The notes under the pieces were generated by a model. That model did not search any database, was not told where the DNA came from, and saw nothing but the letters and a program-made list of their open reading frames with translations. From the NCBI GenBank assembly GCA_964016885.1, contig OZ024741.1:325872001-325936000 (forward strand): DNA of 64,000 bases, in the 5' to 3' direction. This document shows, one piece after another, positions 43,743 through 59,760 of the stretch. Numbering within the stretch: the first letter of the stretch is position 1; each line of letters begins with the position of its first letter. Source of the stretch: Eledone cirrhosa. Lineage: Eukaryota. The position numbers were made by a program, and so were the translations under genes.

Positions 43743-44633
43743 ATTTGTATGTATATGTGTATGTGTATGTATGTGTGTATATGTATATGTTTATATATGT
43801 GTGTGTATGTATGTTCTTAGTGTGGATGTGTGTATATGTATGTATGTGTTTGTATATGTGTGTATATTTATGTATGTGTGTGTGTGTGTCTATGTGTATA
43901 TATATGTATATTATATATATATATATGTGTGTGTATATATATATATATATATGTATGTGTATATGTATGTATATATATATATATATATATATTTTCTTGA
44001 TATATTTCTTTTTTCTTTTTTCTTTTTTCTTTTTTCTTTCTATTCTTTCCTCTTTAATGTTTATTTATTATTTTTTATTTTCTTAGTTTATAGATACATC
44101 TATATTAGGCAGTCTGCTCAGACCGTTGAATACTGACCTCTCCCCCCCCTCCCACCTAATTTCTGTATCTTGATCTAAAAATGTGTGTGCCAGTGTTTAT
44201 GTGAGTGAATTAATATCCATGTGCTTATGATTTTATATCCACATATATAAATGTGAGTGGGGGTGTGTGTGTGTTTGTATGTTCGTGGTTATGTGTATAT
44301 TTATGCATATACGCGCGTGTATGTGTGATTGTACGGATATGTGTGAGTATGAAAAAATATATTTATATACTTAATTTCATACTTGTGTCAATACGTATCT
44401 TATCTGTGCATTATAAACTTACAGAGACATTAACCTTGAAATTTTGTATTTGCATCCATCCTTTTAGTATGCGTATACAAATTATACATACATTTTTGTA
44501 AAATATGTGTAAGGGTTTTACATGTATATATACACACACCGAACTGCATTTAACCCTTTGTGTTTTCATTGGTCAATTTTTGTTCCCAAACGGACCTGAA
44601 ATTTTGAATTGTTGTTATTATCAATAAATATAC

Positions 44634-44787
44634 TTCATTATTTCTGAAGACGGCGTATATATGTGTTGGTATGTATATTTGATCTTGATAGTTTGTATAA
44701 TTTTGTATAATTTTGTACATAGATCTGTTGAATATGCATGCCAATTCTAACACATATATATCCTAGAAACGATCGTTAAATAATGAA
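44634..44787 (+). ncRNA. Hammerhead ribozyme in PLE4 pLTR
   Basis: CTGAAGA at 44644, GAAA-cgatcg-TT at 44766-44777, 10-bp stem I. Confidence 0.85.
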
Positions 44788-44832
44788 CTTTTTTTGTTTA
44801 ATATAAGGAATTGTTTATTCATTATTTGTTTA

Positions 44833-44882
<50 letters not shown>

Positions 44883-45154
44883 TATATATATATACACACA
44901 ACACATACACATATACACATATACAAACAAATATATACACATACAAGTAAATAGGTACTCAATAAATATACGCATATACACAGGCACATAAAGACACCCT
45001 TCTGCCTGTAGAGGTGTCTTTATGTGCCTGTGTATATTCGTATATTTATGTGCCTGTGTACATGCGTATATTTATTGAGTACCTATTTACATGTATGTGT
45101 ATATATTTGTTTGTATATGTGTATATGTGTATGTGTTGTGTGTATATATATATA

Positions 45155-45247
<93 letters not shown>

Positions 45248-45585
45248 GTGTGTATGTATATATGTTTGTGTGAATACGTGTTTTATGTGTGTATATTTTT
45301 GTAGGTATATGTTTGTATGTGTTTGTGTATATGTATGTATGTATGTATGTATGTGTGTATATATGTATATGTATGTGTGTGTGTATATATATATATATAT
45401 ATGTATATGTGTATGTATATGTATGTGTATATATATATATATTTATATATATATATATATATGTATGTATATGTATGTTTGTATATGTGTGTGTATATAT
45501 TTATGTATATATATATATATGTATATATATATATGTATATATATATATGTGTGTGTGTGCGTGTATGTGTGTATATGTGTGCGTG

Positions 45586-45616
<31 letters not shown>

Positions 45617-45928
45617 ATATGTATGTGTTTGTGTGTATGTATATGTATATATGTGTGTATGTGTGTGTATTTATGAGTGTATATGTACATGTATGTGTGT
45701 ATGTGTATGTATGTATGTGTATGTATTTGAATATGTATATGTATATGCATATGTGTATATATATGTATATATATATATGTTTATATATATATATATATAT
45801 ATGTGTATGTGTATGTATGTATGTATTTGTATGTGTGTGTGTATATATACATATATATATATGTGTATGTATATGTATGTGTATATATATGAAATATAAG
45901 AATCAAAGAACTGTTCAAAGCATTATTG

Positions 45929-45975
45929 TGCTTACAGCTGTTTCCTCCAAACCGAGGTTTGGATTCTTCGGAGCA
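45929..45975 (-). ncRNA. Compact hammerhead ribozyme in a ~180-bp insertion (45890-46070)
   Basis: Minus strand tgct-CCGAAGA-atccaaac-ctcg-gtttggag-GAAA-cagctg-TA-agca. Confidence 0.8.
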
Positions 45976-46066
45976 ATTTATTAATGCATGGACAGTTATA
46001 TGACCTCCTTTTCAGCCGAGAGACATACCAATACATATTCAAACATTGATACATATTCAAACATTG

Positions 46067-46142
<76 letters not shown>

Positions 46143-46212
46143 CATGAGAGAGAGAGTGTGTGTGTGTATATATATTTTGTGTGTGGGTGTGTGTATGTGT
46201 GTATGCGCGCGC

Positions 46213-46274
<62 letters not shown>

Positions 46275-46275
46275 A

Positions 46276-46326
<51 letters not shown>

Positions 46327-46430
46327 ATGTATATATGTGTGTGTATATGTGCGTTATATGTCTGTATATATATGTGTATATTTATGTATAGGTCTGTGTA
46401 TGCATGTGTATGTTTGTGTATGTATGGACA

Positions 46431-46483
<53 letters not shown>

Positions 46484-46532
46484 CTGTATGTGTGTGTATA
46501 GAGATATATATATATATATGTGTGTATGTATG

Positions 46533-46605
<73 letters not shown>

Positions 46606-46792
46606 ATATATGTGTGTATGTATGTGTGTATATGTATGTGTATATATATACATATATATATATGTGTGTGTATGTGTGTGTGTATAGTTATTTATACATA
46701 TGTATACTCGTGTTTGTATGTATGCGTGTGAGTGTATTTATTTGTGTATATATGTGTGTATGTGTGTATGTATGTGTATGTGTGTGTGTATC

Positions 46793-46838
<46 letters not shown>

Positions 46839-46958
46839 TATATATATATATATATATATTTGTATATATATGTATGTATATATATATGTATGTATATATA
46901 TATGTATGTATGTGTGTGTGTATGTGTTTATATATATATATATATATATATGTGTATA

Positions 46959-47007
<49 letters not shown>

Positions 47008-47011
<4 letters not shown>

Positions 47012-47342
47012 TATGAAGAGAGAAGAAACATTTAGATATAATTAGTAATAAAATGTATCATACCTAAACTGTTCCTAAATTCCTCGACTACGTAGTTTCG
47101 TGGCATAAACAAAAACAATATATCAAAGATATAGAGTCCTTGCGAGGTCTGCCGACTTATCAAGAGGATACCTCATTTTACTAGTCTCAAGAACGCGTCT
47201 ACACGACGTGAGAAAGAATCCCAAAAGGCGGAGGGGGAGATAGTCACGCGATATAACGGTCGAGAAACAGAGCTAAGCCTCTTATAACCACGAAGAAAAT
47301 ACCACGGAGGCGGAGGGGGTATTCATATCGAGGCCGTAGAAA
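47008..47342 (-). mobile_element. Insertion in (TA)n, homologous to 29568-29900
   Basis: Absent from the mirrored left arm (~33000). Confidence 0.75.
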
Positions 47343-48087
47343 TATATATTTATATATATATATATATGTGTGCGTATGTATATGTGTATATGTATTTTAT
47401 TTATGTATGTATGTATGTATGTGTGTATGTATGTGTGTGTACATGAATATATATTTGTATATATTTATATATTTTTTATATATGTGTGTGTGTTTTTATG
47501 TGTGTATATGTGTTTGTGTGTGTGTTTATGGTTGCGCGTAAATGTGTGAGTGAGTATGTGTGTTTTTTTGTTTTTTAGGTGTGGTTTTTTTTGTTTATCT
47601 GTTTTTTTGTTTTTTGGGTTTTTTTTGTTTTTTTGTGAATGTGTCTGTTGATTTGGCATATTGTTGATTAGTTTAAGAGAAGTTCGAAGATAATAGTAAG
47701 ATATGCACTCTGTATTTTGAATCTGTCTGCAGAATTCCCTAGACCTTTGTCACTTAGTAGAACCTTAATGACTTTAGCTTTTAAAGAATCTCCCTTCTCT
47801 TTAATTCTATCGAGCATGAATGACCCCCCACTGATTTTATAGACATCTGCTAGCTTAAGAGAAACTTATTGACAAGGAATGGTATGCCATCCGGAACCTG
47901 TTTATAGAATTCTGTCTGCCTTTGTTACTCTAAAAACATAAATAAATATAAATTAACTATAGCTTTGTAGAATTAGCTTTTAATGAATTCCCTTTTCTAT
48001 CAACCAATGACCTGCACCCATCCCACACCCCACCCTCTCCTACCACTTGTAGAGACCTATAAATACCATATTTATTTTTTGATACCC

Positions 48088-48138
48088 AGATTCCTGATGA
48101 TTTCTAATGAATGAAACAGTTCTAGTCCTGTAGAATCT
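48088..48138 (+). ncRNA. Type I hammerhead ribozyme
   Basis: agattc-CTGATGA-tttctaatgaat-GAAA-cag-ttctagtc-ctg-TA-gaatct. Confidence 0.8.
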
Positions 48139-48220
48139 CATCTATATTAAAACTGTTATACTCTGCTATGTATTGAGTACCTTACTTACTGTGGTTACCT
48201 CCGATTCAACCCGGAATAAC

Positions 48221-49630
<1,410 letters not shown>

Positions 49631-49689
49631 TAGAAGGAGCACTAATATACAGTGTTTCATAATAGAGGTATATTAAAATATAGTAATGA

Positions 49690-49895
49690 TTTCTGATTTA
49701 GACACAAGATAACAATTTTATGGCAGGAGAAAGTTGATTAAATCGACCCCCGCGTGTTACTGGTACTTTATTACGACTCCGTATGGATGAAAGGCAACGT
49801 AACCATTGTCGTTATTTGAACTCAGCACGTAAAGCCCCGTACACTATGCCGCAAAATATATTGTCCGACGCTCTACCAATACTGCCAATCAACCA
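49690..49895 (-). mobile_element. Diverged SINE copy
   Basis: actggtacttta..ggatgaaaggcaa..tttgaactcag core. Confidence 0.75.
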
Positions 49896-50134
49896 CCAAC
49901 AGCAGCAATAATAATTTAGACAACGACAACAATAACAATAACAGAAACTAACAAATGTTTCCGCTGCTTTCATTTTAAAATTACAACAAATATCGTTGTT
50001 ATTTGCATCTAAACTGAGTTTCAACCAATCAACAATTGGTTCACTGGTGGCTGATCGACGTAATGTTGATTTCCTATTAAAAGAAATTGAAATTCACAGC
50101 TCATACTTAGGCGGTATGGCTGTCCTCCCATCAC

Positions 50135-50625
50135 CCTCTATCTCATAGTAGTTTTCTTTTTTATTTCAATGATAGGGGTCCCAGGCCTATCATGGAGTTG
50201 TTACAGTTCACACCTATGCAGTTCAGTTGGCCTCCTTCGACGTTGCATCTTATAGTAGATTTAATTGTAGGCCCAGTCCTAACATGCTGCTGTTTTTACA
50301 GTTCACACGTATGCAAGTTTAGCTGGTCTTTCTGGAAGTTGCATTTCGTAGTAGTTATTCTTGGAAGTTTCAATGATAGGGATCCCAGTCCTACCATGTT
50401 GTTACAGTTCACACTAATACAGGTTTAGTTAGCCTCAGTCACCGTTGCATTTGATAGTAGTTATTCTCAGGTGTTTTAATAATTGTTTCTACGTTAGGAA
50501 AGGCCTCTGTCCTACCATGTTGCTTTTGTTAGAACTCATACATAAGTGAGTTTAGCTGGCTTCTCACGAGATGGTATCTCATAGTAATTACTCTTGGATA
50601 TATCAAACATAGGGGTTCCAGTTAT
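50135..50625. repeat. Diverged ~90-100-bp minisatellite
   Basis: Recurrent atagtagttattct..cccagtcctaccatg..ttacagttcacac, about 5 units. Confidence 0.7.
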
Positions 50626-50639
50626 AACACGAAAACTTT

Positions 50640-50748
50640 AAATGAAGCATATTACTCAAGAATACACTACGCCGTCTGGTTAGGGAATCGAACTTACGAC
50701 GCTATGATCGTGAGTTCAACACTTTAACCATGAGGTCATGCATCTTCA
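50640..50748 (-). mobile_element. tRNA-derived head of a second SINE family
   Basis: Minus strand tggttaaagtgttgaactcacgatc...agttcgattccc, with A- and B-box-like motifs. Confidence 0.6.
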
Positions 50749-51364
50749 AAAATTCTCTCATGACAAAGCTTGCACAGGGTATGTCTTCTCGAGTCTTAGT
50801 CACTATAAATGTATTAGTTCCTCTATACCCAAATTAAGATAAATGCTACAAATATAGAAGACGAATTCGTCTTATTGAGAATCACATATGGTTAATTTGA
50901 CAATTAGCCAAAAATATGCCAGTTAGAATCCTCACATTTTGACCGAAGGCACACAGTTATTAAATATCTCAGTTATCAAAATTACAATTAGGTACAGTTA
51001 CCATTCTTGTAGACAGAATTAACGGCAGCAGTTTGACATCAACAACGTTTCTGTTAAGTTAATATTCTGAAAGTGACAAAAGATGTGGTTTGGGCAATGT
51101 TTAAAACCTTATCGTTATGACCTTTAAAAAATCGTATTCAATTTTCACCATCTATAACACCAAGGGTCTACCCTAGTTTAACATCCTCATCACCTGCCAC
51201 GAACAAAGAACCAGACGTAGTAACCGAATGTTCCTGAAATCAAGCTTGACTGTCTTAAAATACGAAGGGACAGATGAAGTAGTAAAGGTTAAGAATAAAG
51301 AAATAAACGAGATTCTCAAGACTGGAATACCTTTTATCGTGGATTTTTTCAATCAGTGTGATTC

Positions 51365-51412
51365 AAGAAGAAGAAGAAGAAGAAGAAGAAGAAGAAGAAG
51401 AAGAAGAAGAAG

Positions 51413-51441
<29 letters not shown>
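51365..51441. repeat. (GAA)n microsatellite
   Basis: Perfect trinucleotide run. Confidence 0.95.
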
Positions 51442-51444
<3 letters not shown>

Positions 51445-52131
51445 TTTCGCGGCTCTTCATAATACACTATATAGAGAAGAAAATACAAAAAGGGGTATGT
51501 TTTCAATTACAAGGGATATAGAACCTCTATAGTGAAGTATATACGATCTACGAAAAGTGGGGAAAATATATAATAAACAAAAGGTAAAATTAAAATGTAA
51601 AAAACCCACCTTTATAACTATAACACCTCGGCATTCTCAAAAAGGAGAATGTTTCGCCATACACAGTGTTGGTTCTATACCTTCTTGTGACTTGTCACCA
51701 GGTGTAGAGAAGATATAGCCAACATATCTAAAGAGATTTCAATAACTGAATAAAAGCACATATTGAGAGAAAATGAAAACATCTGCTCTAGACGGTATAG
51801 AGTGGGCTGAGTGGATTATTAAACCGCTAGAAATGGCTGTCTATAACCTTTCAACATAGAGAGGTCAACTAAGGAGCACGAATATCAAATGAAAAAAATG
51901 GAGATAAAGACCCGCGTTAATACCCTGTAATTTTATGAGGTCAAGGAAAATTTCCGGACTCTTCATAATACAGCAGAAAGAGAATAAAATAGAAAAAGAG
52001 GTAGGTTTTCAGTTACAAGTGGTATAGAACCTCTACAGTGAAGAACATACGAAAAGTGGGGAAAATACATGATAAACAAAAGGTAAAATTAATATATATA
52101 TATGTATTATGTAGATGTGTATATATGTGTA

Positions 52132-52181
<50 letters not shown>

Positions 52182-52252
52182 GATGAATCCGCTTAGGGTA
52201 AGAGCAGAGATATTTTGCTTAAACTTATATGTACTAATAATAAATAAATACG

Positions 52253-52296
<44 letters not shown>

Positions 52297-53558
52297 TATA
52301 ATGTATTTTATTTTATATTAACATGTAAAAGTAATTTCAACTATATTAGAAAAAATAAATTTAATAATAACTAAATCTCAATATCGGAACTCAATAATTT
52401 AAGACAATTTTTCGCTGAATGACAAGACGACCGAAAGAAATAAAATGTGATAAAAATAAATAAAAAGATGTAAAAATAATATATGCAAATAAGAATAAAT
52501 AAATAAAAAAAAACATTAACATAAAACATACTAAAATTATATTAAAAAAACATTAAAATGACTAACAATATACAAAATCATCAGCAACGAAATATCGAAG
52601 AACACAAGAAATATTTCGATTACTATGGATATTCTAAGATCTCGATACAGACAGTTTTAAATTTCAAATTAAAAATTCATAGAATTTGAATATTAAAATT
52701 AAATCAAATTATTTTTGATGTTTTCTTAAAAACATGCCGTCAATTGTAAATTTTTCAAATAGCGCAATATTGGACGTTTGAGGGGTGATGGGAGGTAATG
52801 GGGTTATAGGGAGCAATGGAGGGGGTGGGCAATGGCATGGGGCAATGGGGTAAAAAGGTCTGCGATGGGGTGAGATAATACAAATAGATTGCATTTTTAG
52901 GAAAATTAAAGAGAGAGGGAGTTTAAAGTAGTGACATCCATGCACACCCCATTATAACTAGTGATGATATTTAGTGTATATATGACCTCGTGACCTCGTG
53001 ACCTCGTGACCTCATGACCACGGGACCTCGTGAAAAATCGCGGTAATTGAGATGCTAGGAGCATATAATGTAATGCTCTGCTGTGCGGAATATATAGGGT
53101 GTTACCTATTTACAGCTAACTAGACTGGTTTATTGGGACTTATAGTTACTGTTGCTGGTATATAATCCCAGGTCATCCCTGAACGAGCTGGTCTATGATC
53201 AAAAGCATTCTAGCCGTCACCATTGCGTACTTTCAGTCCTTTATTTTAAGATGGTAGGCTGTGAGTTTTGAGGGAGATTTAGCCACCATTTCGGACAAAT
53301 CGAGCAAAAGCAGAGGGCAGCTTCCCAGGTAGTTGGAACCGACACTGGCAGTGTAAATAACATCGAACTAGATTCATCACGATGCTGGTAACATAAGAAA
53401 CATAGATCCTTGGCACACTGTTCGATTACCTATCAACTGAGCAAAAGGGGATAGTCTATTGTAGATTACATACATACATACACGTATACGTATATATATA
53501 AGAATAGACATACATAAATAGATACACACAATCGATGCATGCATTCATCCATCCATAC

Positions 53559-54925
53559 GATGATGATGATCATCATCGTTTAACGTCTATCTTCCACGCT
53601 AGCATGGGTTTAGACGGGAATTGTCGCACTTGAGGCAAGATTGGTCGTCTCGCTCGTATGGGACTGTCTGGCAGGTTTTCTAAGACTCGATGCCCTTCCT
53701 AACACCAATCACGTTTACAGTGTGGACTGGGAGGTTTTTACCGTGTTACCTACACGGCCACATTACAGCGTGGACTGTGTTTTTTTGTCACCTACACGAC
53801 CTCATTTATTTAGGACTGGATGCTGTGGTACCAACATAACTTTACAGAGAAAGGGGTGGTGTTGATGGGGGTGGGGGTGGGGGAGTTGGGGGTGGGGGAG
53901 TTGGGGGTAGTGGGATGGGGGTGTATATTTGATTAAGAGGTGCTTGCTGATTGTAGGTTTCGCTTTGTACTTAGGCAAGGCGAGTCTTCTGTATTACTGT
54001 GTAGCGCCAAAGATCTCGGTCCAGTGACATTGTCCTAGAGAGGTGTAAGTGTGTAAGGTCGGAATTTATAAAATCGTCCCATGTTTTTCTGGGCCTGCCT
54101 ACTCCGTAACTACCATCAATTTTGATCACCCTGGACTTTTTAATACAGCTGTCGTCTTTCATGCGTATCACGTGACCATACCAACGTAGTGTTCTCTCGA
54201 GTAAACAGCATCTGATCCCTCTTATACCTAATTTCTCACTTAGTTCATTTATGCTTTGCTGTTCACGTATATTACTATTACACATCCAACGGAGCATGCA
54301 TGATTCGTTCCTCTTCAGTCTGCGCAGATCCTCTGCACACAATACCCATGTCTCACTGCCATGTAACATTGCTGTTCGTATGCAGGCATACGAACAGCAA
54401 TGCCTTTCATTTTTAGAGAGAAACCTTTAGTGGCCAATAGTCGAATAAGCTCTCTGAACTTTTTCCATCCCGTTCTGACTCTGGCTATTGTACTTTCAGA
54501 GCACCCTCCACCACTGCTGATTTTGTCACACAGGTCACGGAAGGTGTCAACTATTTCTATAGAACCATCTGGGCAATAGAAGGAGCTAGTATCCTGTGGG
54601 CACTTGCTACTTATAGCACCTGAGCACCGGCCACATATAACATCTACGTTCTTAGATAGCTTACCTGTGATCCCACTACATCTTTTATGCACCCATACTT
54701 TGCATTTGGGACATAAAATGGTATTTCTGCCTACTCCTTTCCTACACACTGAGCATGGGCATTTCCCAGAGGAGACCTGTGCCCTATTTTCCTTCCTACA
54801 TACAAGAACTTTAGTCTTAGACAAGTTAACTTTCAGGCCTTTTGATTCTAGGCCATGCTTCCATGTTTGGAATTTCTTCTCTAGTTTATCCATCGATTCA
54901 GCTATGAGCGTTAGATCATCTGCAT
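53559..54925 (-). mobile_element. 5'-truncated RTE-clade LINE
   Basis: YADDL...[10 protein letters not shown], Cys-rich insert (CSVC..CPKC..WVHKRC..CGRC), [22 protein letters not shown]. 3'UTR ends in (GAT/CAT)n. Confidence 0.92.
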
Positions 54926-54933
54926 ATATATAC

Positions 54934-55145
<212 letters not shown>

Positions 55146-55148
55146 GTA

Positions 55149-55235
<87 letters not shown>

Positions 55236-55238
55236 GTA

Positions 55239-55295
<57 letters not shown>

Positions 55296-55298
55296 GTA

Positions 55299-55357
<59 letters not shown>

Positions 55358-55749
55358 GAACGAGTAGGACCCCGCCGGCTGAGCTCAAGCCGTTTCGACG
55401 GCTAATTCTGGACTAAATGATATATATACATATGTACATATATGCATACATGCATATATATATTCCTAAGCGTGTAACTAATAAGGCTTCGTGATGTGTT
55501 TGTGTTGTTTGTTCTTGAACTATATATATATAAAATAAAATAAAATAAATAAGTCAAATGTTTAAAATTTGGTTTCGTTTATTAGTGCTATATATATTTC
55601 GGTGACAGCCATCTTTGGCTGTGACCTCTTCCGGCAGTCCGAATTAGTGTCGTAGAGACGAGTACACATGTTGTTGAGGTGTATAACTTTGTCAATACTC
55701 TGATATGCCCAGTTCCTGGTTGGGTTGTTATTTCACTGAGGAACTGGAA

Positions 55750-56425
55750 TCATATTTATTTACTCTTGGCGCAGCAGATTTGAAATTTTCCCGGTATAAG
55801 GTTAGGATTTCTTTTTTTATTTTTTATATATGAATATTGATTACTCCTTATATCTCATTCTGTTATTTTGCCCGAGAAAATATCTGTGTGTCATCAAATA
55901 TTGTACACACATAGATATTTTTTCAATTTCCAATTGAGTTCTTAGCACGTGGCCTGAATTCCTTTTACAGTTCATTGTCATGCGCATGTATTGTTTTTTT
56001 TTGGCGGTAATTTACTTCCTCATTTTTGAATCAGTTTGAGCAATTCTTTAGAACTGCTGGACTAGCAACCTGACAGATACCTCAGGCACAGAGGATGATT
56101 ATCGCTAAATACTGATGTTGGTTAGATTATCAATATTAGTATTACTGGGGCACCCACTGATGAATTATAGGAGCCCACTTGAATATATATCTATTGATGG
56201 TATACAAGCTCCTACATAAATTGGTATAATTTAACCCAAATTGTAGGAATCCTATAATGAAACGAGATGTCCGTCTGGGAAGAGATATATTCGATATGTC
56301 TCATATGAAATAATACAGCCAATTTTCCACGCAATACTTTTAGTTAGCACCCCGAACGCATAATTGGGAATATAATCACTTATTTCCTAATGTTTGTTGC
56401 GTAAGTTGGAATTTGACCGGATTTA
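55750..56425 (+). mobile_element. Diverged copy of the 61662-62566 retrozyme-like family
   Basis: Colinear similarity (tccaattgagttctt, catcgct, tagttagcaccc, cctaatgtttgttg). Ends in (TA)n. Confidence 0.75.
56153..56279 (+). ncRNA. Type I hammerhead ribozyme
   Basis: ccca-CTGATGA-attatagga...tcctataat-GAAA-cg-agatgtc-cg-TC-tggg. Confidence 0.88.
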
Positions 56426-56512
56426 TATATATATATATATATTATATATATATCCAAAATTAAATTAAGGGAGTCATGTCCGAGACATATATATATGCCA
56501 ATCAATTTCTAG

Positions 56513-56569
<57 letters not shown>

Positions 56570-56574
<5 letters not shown>

Positions 56575-56696
56575 GATTGGTGGTGTTGGATAACAATATT
56601 CACTAGAGTGTGCTATCTGGACATTCATATGTAGTTCCTAATGAGTAGATTGATGTTTGGATTGTCTCAGAAATGTCCTCTCCTTCTCTCTCTCTC

Positions 56697-56764
<68 letters not shown>

Positions 56765-56921
56765 TCTCTCTCCCTTTCTCTCTCTCTCACTCGCGTTAAT
56801 AAGTTGTTTGGATCAAATATATTTCTGATTTATTTTTAGTTTTTTGTCTTTTATTGTAGAAAGTGCCAGAATCTGATATCCGATAGTAGTGTTAACATGA
56901 TTTACCAATGTATGTATGTAC

Positions 56922-56952
<31 letters not shown>

Positions 56953-57009
56953 TGTATGTATGTATGTATGTATGTATGTATGTATGTATGTATGTATGTA
57001 TGTATGTAC

Positions 57010-57040
<31 letters not shown>

Positions 57041-57352
57041 TGTATGTATGTATGTATGTATGTATGTATGTATGTATGTATGTATGGATGGATGTATGTA
57101 TGTATCTATGTATGTATGTATGTATGTATGTATGTAGGTATGTATGTATGTATGTATGTAGGTATGTATGTAAACATGAATGCATGCATGGTTTGGGTCT
57201 ATGTATTGTATTTATACGTGTGTGTATATATATATATATAACTAGAAATTGATTGGCATATATATATATGTCTGGGACATGACTCCCTTAATTTAATTTT
57301 GGATATATATATATATATATAATATATTTATATATATATATACATATATATA

Positions 57353-57448
<96 letters not shown>

Positions 57449-57898
57449 TACATGCATATATATATTCCTAAGCGTGTAACTAATAAGGCTTCGTGATGTG
57501 TTTGTGTTGTCTGTTCTTGAACTCCTGAGTGATTTCGCCGAAAGATGAACAAAAACCCGTTGAGAAAGTGATGCCTTGTTCGATCATTATACCAAAAGCT
57601 TATTTTTATGTTTTATAAGCAGACAGTATTATTGATTTAGGTCTTTGCAAAAACCCAAATTTCGGAGTATTACATTTTCCCCGAGGGTCCGGGTAACTAT
57701 TTCAATCATATCTCCTTTTGTTTGACCCGTTTAGCTTGTTCATTTCTTTGGCTATGGTGGCTATGGCTTCTTAACCATTGTCTCAGCGTGTATGACCATT
57801 TTAACTCATGTTTATAGCTCTGCTATCCTCTTCATATGCATGTTATTGAAGTTGCGTTTCGCTAATTTCTACCCGCCGAAATGCGATTCTCACTAAAT

Positions 57899-57932
<34 letters not shown>

Positions 57933-58021
57933 CCAAAATTAAATTAAGGGAGTCATGTCCGAGACATATATATATATGCCAATCAATTTAGTTGATATAT
58001 ATATATCAATCAATCTAGTTG

Positions 58022-58053
<32 letters not shown>

Positions 58054-58472
58054 GTATAAATACAATACATAGACCCAAACGATGCATGTATTCATGTTTA
58101 CATATATACCTACATACATACACACATACATACCTACATACATAGATACATACATACATACATACGTACATACATACATACATACATACATACATACATA
58201 CATACCTACATACATAGATACATAGATACATACATACATACATACATACATACATACATACATACATACATACATACATACATACATACATACATACATA
58301 CATACATACATACATACATACATACATACGTATATATATATACATACGTACATACATTGGTAAATCATGTTAACACTATTATCGGATATCAGATTCTGGC
58401 ACTTTCTACAATAAAAGACAAAAAACTAAAAATAAATCAGAAATATATTTGATCCAAACAACTCATTAACGC

Positions 58473-58523
<51 letters not shown>

Positions 58524-58636
58524 AGAGGAAATTTCTGAGACATTCCAAACATCAATCTACTCATTAGGAACTACATATGAATGTCCAGATAGCACACTCT
58601 AGTGAATATTGTTATCCAACACCACCAATCTATATA
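56570..58636. repeat. ~740-bp inverted repeat (56570-57320 / 57905-58636) containing (CT)n and (TATG)n
   Basis: Unique segments are mirrored. An additional inner-end copy lies at 56430-56515. Confidence 0.85.
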
Positions 58637-58669
58637 AGTTATCACTCTATAGTTATAGCAGAATCGTTT

Positions 58670-58905
58670 GTCAGTATCACCCAGACAGACGTTAAATACA
58701 GGCTTTGATTTCAGACTATCGTTCTTTACATAATTCTTTCCCTTACTATATTTCTAAGGAATGACAACCTCTATAATTTTCAAAAAGTTTTGAAAATAAT
58801 CAAAGATTTAGACGTATTTATTAATAATATAACCAACTTTCTTATTAATATGCTGACGTTTGGGACATAACAAAACTTCTTACATCAAATTATGGTGGAA
58901 GGATT

Positions 58906-58950
<45 letters not shown>

Positions 58951-59430
58951 GCTATAACTACTTTGAAACAAAACCAATTATATCAGTCTATAGGGAATTG
59001 TGAACCAGTATCGTCCAGACATACGTTGAATACAGACTTCGTTTTCAGTCTATCGCTTGCATACTTAATTCTTTCCATTACTACATTTCTAAGGAATGAC
59101 ACTGTCTATAATTTTCAAGTAATTTTGAAAGTAATCTAGGATTTGGTAGTACATAGAAATAATATAACCAACCAACTATCTCAGCGTCGCACACAATGCT
59201 TCGCGGCATAGAGTTACAACCCTTTGTGTTCTGAATTCAAATCCTGCCGAGTTTAGCTTCGCCTTTCATCCTTACAGCTTCGATAGATAAAGCACAAGTA
59301 ATGCACTGCATTTGATTTAATCGACTTTTCCCTTCCCCCAAATTTCTGGCCTTGTGCCTATAGTAGAAATTAAGCTGATGTTTTGAACATAAAACTTCTT
59401 ACATAAAATTATAGTGGAAGGATTTTTAGA
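58670..59430. repeat. ~340-bp tandem duplication, with a SINE (+, 59175-59370) in the second copy
   Basis: cagtatc..ccagaca.acgtt.aatacag and tttctaaggaatgaca are repeated. SINE in forward orientation. Confidence 0.75.
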
Positions 59431-59609
59431 TTATAAAAATTAGATTTTAGATTTTTAGATATATAAACACGTTAAGACAAAATCAATTTTATAATGTAAA
59501 ACCAGGGGCGGTATATTCATGGGGGAAGGGAAATTCATAATCAGAAGAAGGGGAGTAGCCATAAAAGCCAAACGTGCTATCTTCAAAGAAGAGAATTCCA
59601 TAAGATCTT

Positions 59610-59760
59610 CACCAGTATTTTACTAGTATTTTATTTTATCCATACCGGAATGAAGAAAGGCAAAGCTGACCTCACTAGCATTTGAACTCAGAAAGTCAAG
59701 GGCCTTAACTAAATACTACAAAGCATTTTCTCCAACGCTCTAGCAATTCCGCCAAACCAG
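59610..59760 (-). mobile_element. Diverged SINE copy
   Basis: aaggcaaagctgacctc..tttgaactcagaa core. Confidence 0.7.

Larger units (their letters stand above)
34515..44840 (+). mobile_element. Penelope-like element 4 (same family as PLE2) with 3.7-kb inverted repeats 34649-38337 / 41153-44840
   Basis: ORF nearly identical to PLE2. The ORF track is mirrored on the two strands. Same tail as PLE2, TA flanks. Confidence 0.95.

Noticed and set aside
50135-50625. CRISPR-like repeat array
   Set aside because: Whole units are homologous with no unique spacers, the context is eukaryotic, and there are no cas genes.
55355-55420. GC-rich island with GAAA-cggct/agccg stem on the minus strand
   Set aside because: Lacks the UH triplet and the CUGANGA half.
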